From positions 2,944,001 to 3,008,000 of the forward strand of contig OY764159.1 in the NCBI GenBank assembly GCA_963668175.1: a DNA stretch of 64,000 bases, in the 5' to 3' direction. Shown in pieces: positions 34,964 through 43,020 of the stretch. Every line of letters starts with the position of its first letter. Position 1 is the first letter of the stretch. The position numbers and the translations under genes were made by a program. This stretch comes from Syntrophales bacterium (lineage in GTDB: Bacteria > Desulfobacterota > Syntrophia > Syntrophales > PHBD01). The notes under the pieces were generated by a model. The model saw only the letters and a list, made by a program, of their open reading frames with translations, made no database searches and was not told the origin of the DNA.

Positions 34964-36334
34964 TCATTGAGCTTCCGCGCGTCGTGCAATGAATCCCGGC
35001 GATGCCGCGCCTGTAAGTTCCCCACGCAGCGAATGCAGATAAGCTTTTTTGATGAACACAGGAACCGTTTCCCCGATTGCCGTTTCTCGTTGCCTGAAAT
35101 TGACGATCTTGTTCCCGCACGTCCTTCCCGTCAGATCGTCTTTACCCGTCTTGCTCGGCCCTTCGACCAGGACGTCCAGCACCTTGCCCTCCAGTTCCCT
35201 GTTCCTCTCCTGGGTGTGCTCTTCCTGCAGGGCTTGCAGCACCGAGAGCCTCTCGCTCCTGATGCCGCGGGGCACCTTGTCGCCGAACCCGGCCGCAGCC
35301 GTTCCCTCCCTTTCTGAATACTTAAAAGAAAAGAGGTTGTCAAACCTGATTTTATTCATAAGGGCGATTGTCGCCCGGAAATCTTCGTCCGTCTCCCCCG
35401 GGAACCCGACGATGACGTCGGAGGTCACGCTGATGTCGGGGCGGACGGCCCTGAGGCGCCCGACCTTGTCCAGGTAGTCGGCCGCCGTGTAGCCCCGGTT
35501 CATCCGGGCCAGGATGCGGTCGGACCCCGACTGGACCGGCAGGTGGATATGGTTGCAGAGCGTCTCGATCTCGCCGAAGCACCGGATCAGGTCGTCGGAG
35601 AGGTCCTTCGGATGTGACGTCGTGAACCTGATTCGCTTGATCCCGTCTATCTTTCCCATATCCCGAAGCAAATCGGGAAAGCGGTAACCGCTCCCGTTCG
35701 TCCCGAGGCCGTAGGAATTGACGTTCTGGCCGAGGAGGGTCACCTCCCGGACGCCGTTTTCGGCCATCATCCCGACCTCGTCCAGGATGTCCCTGTGGGG
35801 CCGGCTTTCCTCCCTCCCCCGTACATAGGGCACGATGCAGTACGAGCAGAAATTATTGCAGCCCTGCATGATCGTGACGAAGGCCGAGATTTTTCCCGGA
35901 GCCGGAACCGCCTTTAAGGCCAGCGATGGCACGGATTTGCGGAAAGCCGTCTCCGTAACCTGCACCCGTCGGAGGCTTGCCGTGCGCACCATCTCCGGAA
36001 GCTTGTGGATGTTATGGGTCCCGAAGACAATGTCCAGGACCTGGCTGCGCCTGAAGAACTTCGCCCCCCACTGCTGGGCAAGGCAGCCGCCTACCGCGAT
36101 CACGAGCGACGGCTTCTCCTCTTTGAGCGCCGCGAAGCGCCCGAGCTGGCTGTAGACCTTTTCCGCCGCCTTTTCGCGGATGCTGCACGTGTTGATGACG
36201 ATAAGATCGGCCTGGCGCGGGTCTTCCGTGGGGCCGTAGCCCGCGTCCAGCATCATGGCCGCGATCTGGTCCGAATCGTGGACGTTCATCTGGCAGCCGA
36301 ACGTCTGGATATAAATTTTCTTCTTCTCTTCCAT
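34964..36334 (-). CDS. miaB: tRNA-2-methylthio-N6-dimethylallyladenosine synthase
   Basis: 'TFGCQMNVHDS', 'NTCSIREKA', radical SAM 'GCNNFCSYCIVP', C-terminal TRAM domain. Confidence 0.95.
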   Translation of the reverse strand: MEEKKKIYIQTFGCQMNVHDSDQIAAMMLDAGYGPTEDPRQADLIVINTCSIREKAAEKVYSQLGRFAALKEEKPSLVIAVGGCLAQQWGAKFFRRSQVLDIVFGTHNIHKLPEMVRTASLRRVQVTETAFRKSVPSLALKAVPAPGKISAFVTIMQGCNNFCSYCIVPYVRGREESRPHRDILDEVGMMAENGVREVTLLGQNVNSYGLGTNGSGYRFPDLLRDMGKIDGIKRIRFTTSHPKDLSDDLIRCFGEIETLCNHIHLPVQSGSDRILARMNRGYTAADYLDKVGRLRAVRPDISVTSDVIVGFPGETDEDFRATIALMNKIRFDNLFSFKYSEREGTAAAGFGDKVPRGIRSERLSVLQALQEEHTQERNRELEGKVLDVLVEGPSKTGKDDLTGRTCGNKIVNFRQRETAIGETVPVFIKKAYLHSLRGELTGAASPGFIARRAEAQ

Positions 36335-36543
36335 GACCAACCGGAAACGTGGTTCTCCGCCGGACGCCGCAGGCATCAGGCAGCATCAAAACGCCTTATT
36401 ATATGGTCTGTCCATAGTCAACTACTTTTTACGCGTCATCCGACGGCCATACGACCGATTACATAGTCGTTTTTCCGGGGGAAAACGGGATCGGGTTATC
36501 CGGGCGCCGCTCATGCGCCCGCCGGACGGGAGAATGGTCCGGA

Positions 36544-36888
36544 TTACGCGTGTTTGACGGATTCGTCGTCGCCGGCGTAGCCGACGCCCCACTGGTACAG
36601 GGTATCCAGGATGGGCAGGAGCGTGCGGCCCGATCCGGTCAGGGAGTATTCGACCTTCGGCGGCACCTGGGTGTACACGAATCTCCTGACCAGCCCGTCC
36701 CGCTCCAGTTCACGCAGCTGCTGCGTCAGCATCTTCTGGGTGATGCCGGGCATCGTCCGCCTCAGGTCGCTGAACCTCAGGGTGTTTTCCCCCAGGTGCC
36801 ACAGGATGAGCGATTTCCACTTCCCGCCGATCAGATCGAGCGTCAATTCCATATGGCAGTGGTATTCGATATCCCTAAACCTGATCAA
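36544..36888 (-). CDS. HxlR-family winged-helix transcriptional regulator
   Basis: 'GGKWK', '[18 protein letters not shown]', '[10 protein letters not shown]'; N-terminal Cys; divergent from the flavoprotein gene. Confidence 0.92.
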   Translation of the reverse strand: MIRFRDIEYHCHMELTLDLIGGKWKSLILWHLGENTLRFSDLRRTMPGITQKMLTQQLRELERDGLVRRFVYTQVPPKVEYSLTGSGRTLLPILDTLYQWGVGYAGDDESVKHA

Positions 36889-36935
36889 GGCGATCCCCTC
36901 CCCGGCTCCTTATTCCATCCGCGGCAGGCGGACAC

Positions 36936-36975
36936 GGTATACAAACAGGTACTACGATACGAAATAGTGCGTACT
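36936..36975. promoter_or_regulatory. Putative HxlR operator region
   Basis: Imperfect repeats GTATACAAACAGGTAC / GATACGAAATAGTGCGTAC in the divergent intergenic region; assignment is inference. Confidence 0.35.
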
Positions 36976-37091
36976 TGCATGTTACGTTATTACCGTTTAT
37001 TCTTATAACACAGGCGGCATTATCCGGAAACGGAAAGTCGCATCCTGCGGCGTATATTTTAAATTAAAGACATGATTGGAGGAGGACGCTC

Positions 37092-37670
37092 ATGAAAGTC
37101 GTGGCATTCAACGGAAGTCCCAGGGCCAAGGGCAATACCGCCCAGAGCCTGAAAATCGTCCTGGCGGAAATCGAGCTCGCCGGCATCAAGACGGAATTCG
37201 TCCAGTTGGGGGGGCGCAAGGTCTTCGGGTGCCTGGCGTGCATGAAGTGCTGGGAGAACCAGGACGGCCGCTGCGCTCGGACGGACGACAAGATGAATTC
37301 GTACATCGAGAAGATGCAGGAGGCCGACGGCATCCTTATCGGCTCCCCCACCTATTTCAGCAACGTGACGTCGGAGGTGAAGGCCCTCATCGACCGCTGC
37401 GGCTACGTGTCGATGGCGAACGGCGGCGTCATGCTCCGGGGCAAGGTCGGCGCGGGCGTCGTCGCCGTGGGGCGCGCCGGGGCCACCTTCACCTATTCGG
37501 CCATCAACTTCTTCTTCGGGATTGCGGAGATGATCATACCCAGCAGCAACTACTGGAACATGACCCTGGCCATGGAGCCGGGCGACGTCCACAAGGACGA
37601 ATTCGGCGTCCAGACCTTCCAGCTTCTGGGCCGGAACTTCGCCAAAGTCCTCAAGCAGGTCAGAAAGTAA
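37092..37670 (+). CDS. Iron-sulfur flavoprotein (multimeric flavodoxin WrbA/Isf family)
   Basis: 'FNGSPR..GNT', CxxCxxC...C ('GCLACMKC...C'), 'GSPTYF', 'KALIDR', 'SNYWN'; RBS GGAGGA. Confidence 0.9.
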   Translation: MKVVAFNGSPRAKGNTAQSLKIVLAEIELAGIKTEFVQLGGRKVFGCLACMKCWENQDGRCARTDDKMNSYIEKMQEADGILIGSPTYFSNVTSEVKALIDRCGYVSMANGGVMLRGKVGAGVVAVGRAGATFTYSAINFFFGIAEMIIPSSNYWNMTLAMEPGDVHKDEFGVQTFQLLGRNFAKVLKQVRK

Positions 37671-37808
37671 CCCAGGGGGGCCTCCGTGGATGCGCAACGT
37701 TCGCCGAGGCCGTCTTATTGAAAGCATAATGGATCGAAGACTTGCTTCTGAAACGAACGAATAATAGGCGTCGTGTTCCTTATTTATGGGCACTTACAAG
37801 AATGTGTA

Positions 37809-38024
37809 TTATTCTTTCATAACATTGAAGAATTCCCTGACCGCGTCGAGCAATGCGCCGATACAGAAAACACCGGCAATAACGGCGCCGACGATAACAA
37901 AGGGATGGTAAGGAAGATCGTTGTTCAGGCAGAAAACAATGACAACGAATATGGCCAGGAAACAAAAGACGATTCCTGCTGCGGAATCAAGAAGAATGTA
38001 GATTTTCATCCCCATTCTGAGCAT
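37809..38024 (-). CDS. Hypothetical small two-TM membrane protein (cassette 1)
   Basis: 71-aa ORF with two hydrophobic stretches in AT-rich DNA; no family recognised. Confidence 0.5.
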   Translation of the reverse strand: MLRMGMKIYILLDSAAGIVFCFLAIFVVIVFCLNNDLPYHPFVIVGAVIAGVFCIGALLDAVREFFNVMKE

Positions 38025-38118
38025 AAAAACCCACCTGTTACGATTGTATCGCTTCTACTTCATACATATTTATAACCGTCCTCTCAATTTGTTGCAACAT
38101 GAAAATGATGGTTTAATT

Positions 38119-38466
38119 TTATCGATCCCATTCCGGTGTGCCCATCTTCATAATTTCATCGCGATACCGTTGTATGCTGATTGAGTATCCTTGATAATAT
38201 TCCTGACTATAAATAGTGACGGTGTCGTTCGGCATGACATGAATAATACCGGACGAATATTTATCACGAAATACATCATTACCCATTGCCTCAAATCTCC
38301 TGCTTTGATTCATATAATTGAGAAGAAGTTCCCTGTCTTCGCCAGAATTGAGCGGCTTACCGCCGATATCTTCTTGGTCTAAGGTTAAGACATAAGGACT
38401 GATGCCAAGCACGCTCATGCCTACGCGTCTACCATATTTAAACATCGGATACATTATGTAGGACAT
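38119..38466 (-). CDS. Hypothetical protein (cassette 1)
   Basis: AAGGAG RBS precedes ATG at 38466 (MSYIMYP..., 115 aa); AT-rich; no family recognised. Confidence 0.6.
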   Translation of the reverse strand: MSYIMYPMFKYGRRVGMSVLGISPYVLTLDQEDIGGKPLNSGEDRELLLNYMNQSRRFEAMGNDVFRDKYSSGIIHVMPNDTVTIYSQEYYQGYSISIQRYRDEIMKMGTPEWDR

Positions 38467-38670
38467 TCGAATGTTCTCCTTTTCTGTTAATTCTAAGCGA
38501 CATTCCGAAGGATATGCCCTCATAAGCTTCCATCTAATCCAAAACATTCATGCATTTGAAGTTGCACGAGCTCATGAGTGCCATGCGAATCCTTTATTAT
38601 CTTGCGCGCATTATTCCATATATGCAATATATAGTCAAGCTATATTTCTACTATTGAAATCTTCGCTCTT

Positions 38671-38823
38671 GGGATTGCGGAGATGATCGTGCCGGCGAGC
38701 AACTACTGGAACATGACCCTGGCCATGGAGCCGGGCGACGTCCACAAGGACGAATTCGGCGTGCAGACCTTCCAGCTTCTGGGCCAGAACTTCGCGAAAG
38801 TCCTCAAGCAGGTCAGGAAATAA
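38671..38823 (+). repeat. Displaced 153-bp copy of the flavoprotein gene 3' end (matches 37518-37670)
   Basis: 11 mismatches in 153 bp, no indels; translates GIAEMIVPASNYWNMTLAMEPGDVHKDEFGVQTFQLLGQNFAKVLKQVRK*. Confidence 0.97.
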
Positions 38824-38884
38824 TGCGGCGTATATCTGCTTCGGCGCAAGGCCGGCGGGGACGGAATGTTTTCGGGCGGGGATG

Positions 38885-38930
38885 CTCCTCCGATGCGAGT
38901 TTCAAGCCTTGCATCGGAGGAGGTCTTTCT
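38885..38930. terminator. Hairpin terminator downstream of repeat copy 2
   Basis: CTCCTCCGATGC...GCATCGGAGGAG 12-bp inverted repeat followed by GTCTTTCT. Confidence 0.6.
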
Positions 38931-39202
38931 AACGGCGGTACATCACACGATATGTTGCATGATCGCGGCGTATCCGGACCGTTGCGTCGGTTCTTCGGTC
39001 TGGCGAAGCATCCTGAACGGATAACCGGGCCTGTTTTCCAGGGATGGCAGGTTATTTAAACAGCACCGTACAAAACCACGTGAAAGCGAGATGTGCGGGA
39101 AATCAACTGTCGCAGGATGTCGTGTAAGTTTCGGTTCAGATCGAGAGGCAATGGAGGGCAACTTCCGGAAGTACGGTGCTGCTCCCAGCAAACCTGTCTG
39201 TT

Positions 39203-39334
39203 TCAGCCTGGGCAGCTTGTCTTCAGGTAATAAAGGCAAAGCTGCGTAACGCGCTCATTCGGCCCGTGCATGACGGGCGCCAATGTGAATTCCTCCTCCT
39301 TCTTCTTCGCGGGAACTTCCTTTTTTTCTTTCAT
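39203..39334 (-). CDS. Small 43-aa peptide (cassette 2); possibly a 92-aa selenoprotein extending to 39056
   Basis: RBS AGGAAGGA then MKEKKEVPAKKKEEEFTLAPVMHGPNERVTQLCLYYLKTSCPG-TGA; too short for the ORF track. Confidence 0.45.
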   Translation of the reverse strand: MKEKKEVPAKKKEEEFTLAPVMHGPNERVTQLCLYYLKTSCPG

Positions 39335-39664
39335 GTCGATTCCTTCCTACAACGTTCCCTTCCTTCGCGGGAGAGCATAAGAAATTTTGTCGCGCAGACA
39401 ATTGGACGATGTCTGAAAGATACATAGGATTATGACCCGGATTTAGGTAGGATTATGGGGAAGGATTACTGTACGCCGCGAGACGGTCAGGAGTTGTTCC
39501 GGATGCTGCCGAAGATACTTGGATTTTCAAAAATCCTTCCGGCCGTTCGTATTGATCATGATTCCCGGACGGAATATTATTTATTGAAGACTGACTCGCT
39601 GGATGGCTGGATAAAGGGATAGCGCGCCTTCTGACCAGAGGACAACGGGCCGTGGAATTAATCC

Positions 39665-39754
39665 GGCGACGTCCACAAGGACGAATTCGGCGTCCAGACC
39701 TTCCAGCTTCTGGGCCGGAACTTCGCGAAAGGCCTCAGGCGGTTCAGGAAGTAA
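39665..39754 (+). repeat. Displaced 90-bp copy of the flavoprotein gene 3' end (matches 37581-37670)
   Basis: 6 mismatches in 90 bp, no indels; translates GDVHKDEFGVQTFQLLGRNFAKGLRRFRK*. Confidence 0.95.
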
Positions 39755-39838
39755 TAAGGCAGGTTCTTTTAGATAGCGCGAGGCTGTGGAGGACGATCTT
39801 TTTTAGGCCGATTCTGACCACCAAACATAAACGAATGA

Positions 39839-41182
39839 TTATAGTGTTAGATAGCCCTGCTCCAAGGCATTGATTTTTGTAGCTTTAGAAGCATATACAA
39901 AAGACAGTGAGTGTTCTAATTGATGATCCTTTTCTTTCCCTCTTGCATCTTCTGCATACGACTGGACAGCATTTTCAGCTCTACTGAGCAATTCGTCGAA
40001 TGTTATTACTTCTGGATTATGGAGGTTTCTTCTGAAAGATTCAAATATCTTCATCTTATCTCTATTTGATTTTAAATCATTCGTATTTCCGATAACGAGA
40101 ATTCCTTTGGGATGATGAGTGTAAATATCTTGATCTTCAAGCAAATCTCTGTTTTCGTCTGTCCTGGAACCTTCAATTGCCCATCTCCAGCATTGTTGTT
40201 GAAGCTGTGCAACACCACCGACTAAGTCTTCCCCGAATTCATATGTTCTATTCCTATATTTTTTATCTGATACAAGATTAGAATTTGGCCGCTTGATTTC
40301 GACCAGTACAGTGAATTTTATTTGAGCAGAAGTTGCTAGTAAGAAATCGCCCTCTAGGGAACCGGTGCCCGTTAAGTCTTTGCCTCCGAATGAGGGCCTA
40401 CATTCTAATATGTGTAAAAACTGATAACTCAAGCCGTATCCGAAAATCCATTTATTTTTCTCAAAAAACTTCTGCCAGTCAGTTTCCAGCCAATCGCTTT
40501 TCTGTAAATGTGTTCGGAAGTCTTCAACTTGGGCATTTCTAATGGACCATAGGCGTTTGTGAGCCAGCACATCGGGTAATTCTGCTCCGACTTGCCCTAA
40601 AACATCCCAGAAATGTTTACCGAATACTTCTGGTAATATAGCAGCAAATTCATTTTCTCGCCCGGCAACCAGCACTTTCGGATCGATTTTAGATTCATTT
40701 AAAAGACTTATTAAAATATCAATTCTTTGCGGATCAGCGTTTTTCCATGCCCGCAGAAGTTCCAGATTGATATGCTTGCTAAACAAAGTTTTAATATCCG
40801 ATTCGGACAGCATTGACCAATCAATATTAGCAGCTGAAATTACGTCCGATCCCTTTATTAACATGGCAAAGTAAGTTGTTGCCGCATCACCGGATGCGTT
40901 TTCCAGATAATTGTCAATATTAACAACTGTAACACAATATCCTTGACCCTGCACTTTGCCTTGTTTGGCATATTTATTTCTCGTTAATAGCAATGCAGGT
41001 TTCTTGTCTGACGGACAAGAACTTGTGACCAGATTTGCTAAACATTTGCCATTGCGAAACTGAGCCTTTCCATGATGAAAAACCTCTTCCCAATCGAAAT
41101 CGTAAAATATATGAATCCCACACATATTCTCTGAGGCGCCATACTTAAATGATAACGGTGATTCCCAAGGGATTGGCGACAT
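39839..41182 (-). CDS. sduA: Shedu-type anti-phage nuclease (DUF4263 C-terminal domain)
   Basis: 'ETDWQKFFEKNKWIFG', 'DFLL', 'VLVEIKRP', 'YRN', 'GGVAQ', 'ILVIG', 'FESFRRNL.NPEVITFDELL'; AT-rich; RBS AAGGAG. Confidence 0.85.
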   Translation of the reverse strand: MSPIPWESPLSFKYGASENMCGIHIFYDFDWEEVFHHGKAQFRNGKCLANLVTSSCPSDKKPALLLTRNKYAKQGKVQGQGYCVTVVNIDNYLENASGDAATTYFAMLIKGSDVISAANIDWSMLSESDIKTLFSKHINLELLRAWKNADPQRIDILISLLNESKIDPKVLVAGRENEFAAILPEVFGKHFWDVLGQVGAELPDVLAHKRLWSIRNAQVEDFRTHLQKSDWLETDWQKFFEKNKWIFGYGLSYQFLHILECRPSFGGKDLTGTGSLEGDFLLATSAQIKFTVLVEIKRPNSNLVSDKKYRNRTYEFGEDLVGGVAQLQQQCWRWAIEGSRTDENRDLLEDQDIYTHHPKGILVIGNTNDLKSNRDKMKIFESFRRNLHNPEVITFDELLSRAENAVQSYAEDARGKEKDHQLEHSLSFVYASKATKINALEQGYLTL

Positions 41183-41599
41183 ATCATCTCCTTAATCATT
41201 GTTCTGTCGTTAACCAGCACGTTATTTTTGATTAATTTAAATACGTTCTTGGAAAAACTTTTGTAAGAGTACGTCTCTTTTCACACCCCGCCGGGAAGAC
41301 TCCGCCGTCTCTAGAAAATCTCAGCCTCGAACATTTTTAAGCATTTTTTATAAAAAAAGCGGAGAATATGACTTTATACAAATCACCAACTCCGCTCAGA
41401 TATTCACGTATTTTATAGGCGTAAATCAACTAGAAAAAAGAATATATTCTAAAAAGAAAATGTCAAGCAAGATTTTATATATACTGACATAATTCCACGG
41501 GCATCATCCCATGACAGGGGAACGCGGTCCTCAATAATGGATATACCGATAAGCTAATTTATAATCCGCAGTTTCCCTCCCCCCGCCCCCTGCCAGCTC

Positions 41600-42742
41600 T
41601 CAAACCTTCTCCACCTTGATCCCCGCCGGGATGCCGCTTTCGCAGGGGACGTTGACCTGGCAGCGGCCGCAGTAGATCGTGTAGTTCGTATTGTCCGGGT
41701 AATTGGCCTTGACGTAGGGCGTGACGACGGTGGTCACATATTTGAAGCAGGCGTTCTTGTTGCGGCCCGGCACACCCTCCTTGTAGCTCTGGATCGCCTG
41801 GGACGGGCAGTGGTTCGCGCAGATGCCGCACTGCTGCCCGCCCGACGCGAAATAGAGGCAGTAGTCGCGGTGGGAGACATAGGGCCGCGGCGTCACGGGG
41901 AGCCTCGCCTTGACGATGGCGGAGGCGCAGCGGTGGGCCTTGCCCACCGGCGTGATCAGGCCGTCGGAGAGGCCGAAGGTCCCCAGGCCCGCGCAGTAGG
42001 CGTAATGCCGCTCCGACCACGTGGACGCGAAGCCGTAGGCGCTCTGCGGGACGATCCGGAAGTGCGTCGTGATGGAGGCGGAAGCGGCATAGTAGCCCTT
42101 CGCGGAAAGCATCTCGAGGACGCCCCGTCGGGAGCGGTCGGCGGACATCTCCCCGAAGACGCGGCCCTTGCCCCAGCGGCGGCTGGGATACTTGTCTGGG
42201 AGCGCGCGCTGCTCCGCCTTCACCTTCTCCTGGAACGGCAGGATCCAACTGATCACCGTCAGGTCCGCGTCGGTGCAGGGGATGCCGGGATGGACCTTTT
42301 TGAAGAGTTCCAGCGGCGTCATGTGGAAGGGCGCGACGTTGATCTTGAGGGCGAGCACGGCGGGATCGTCGCCCCGGACGAAACCGACGATGGGCATGTC
42401 GTAGGCATGCTCGAACGGCTCCGGCGGGACATTGTTGGGGATGAGCTTGTAGTAATCGTCGCCCGCCTGCGGCGTATCCATGCCGAGGGAGTTCTGTTTG
42501 CTTTTGACGAAGTCCCTGAGGTTCCCGGCAACCTCCTTCGCCAGGGCGGCGTCGCCTTCGCCCGCCGCCGCGGCCTGGGCCTCCGCAACGGGGAACCGGG
42601 GAATGGCGGCCATCAGCCCCGCGCCCGCCGCCAGGGTGAAGAGTTTCCGGCGGGTTATTTCGACCGGTCGAAAGGGTTTGTCTTCATACGTATCCGCGGG
42701 CATCTCCGGATGCTCCGTATATTTCTCTCTTGCATCTTTCAT
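41600..42742 (-). CDS. Tat-exported QueG/reductive dehalogenase-like double [4Fe-4S] protein
   Basis: Twin-Arg 'ITRRKLF' plus hydrophobic stretch and AQA; 'SERHYAYCAGLGTFGLSDGLITP'; 8 Cys in C-x9-CxxCxxxCP...C...CxxCxxxxPC; start uncertain (up to 42787). Confidence 0.75.
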   Translation of the reverse strand: MKDAREKYTEHPEMPADTYEDKPFRPVEITRRKLFTLAAGAGLMAAIPRFPVAEAQAAAAGEGDAALAKEVAGNLRDFVKSKQNSLGMDTPQAGDDYYKLIPNNVPPEPFEHAYDMPIVGFVRGDDPAVLALKINVAPFHMTPLELFKKVHPGIPCTDADLTVISWILPFQEKVKAEQRALPDKYPSRRWGKGRVFGEMSADRSRRGVLEMLSAKGYYAASASITTHFRIVPQSAYGFASTWSERHYAYCAGLGTFGLSDGLITPVGKAHRCASAIVKARLPVTPRPYVSHRDYCLYFASGGQQCGICANHCPSQAIQSYKEGVPGRNKNACFKYVTTVVTPYVKANYPDNTNYTIYCGRCQVNVPCESGIPAGIKVEKV

Positions 42743-43020
42743 CGTCATTCTCCCCGGCGGCCTGCCGCCTGTTTCCATTGTATTCAACGCATGCGCGGAT
42801 TCACACGACCCTTCCGCGCCCGGTATCGATATATGCTATTTTAAACGCAAAGCGGCAAAATGTCATTGGGTAAAAACAGGTAGGTATTGTAGATGGAAGC
42901 GGACGGAAAAAACCGCCGGCCGATACCCGTTGACATACCGGACGGACGCCCGTATATAGAGTGACAAACCGGCGGGAAAGACCGATCATCTGAAGAGTTT
43001 CTTCGTCAAGGAGGGATGGT

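Noticed and set aside
37046..38835. 12-bp TGCGGCGTATAT upstream of the flavoprotein gene (37046) and right after repeat copy 2 (38824)
   Set aside because: Could be a target duplication or chance; too short to interpret without comparative data
38943..39427. Track ORFs 38943-39239(-) and 39176-39427(+)
   Set aside because: No RBS or protein-like features; the RBS-led ORF starting at 39334 is better supported
39425..39470. TAGGATTATG direct repeats upstream of the small peptide
   Set aside because: Possibly regulator sites, but only two exact copies and no cognate regulator can be assigned
37518..39754. The three repeats as a CRISPR array or integron attC sites
   Set aside because: They are 90-153 bp protein-coding gene ends spaced about 1 kb apart; no cas or intI gene and no RYYYAAC/GTTRRRY boxes
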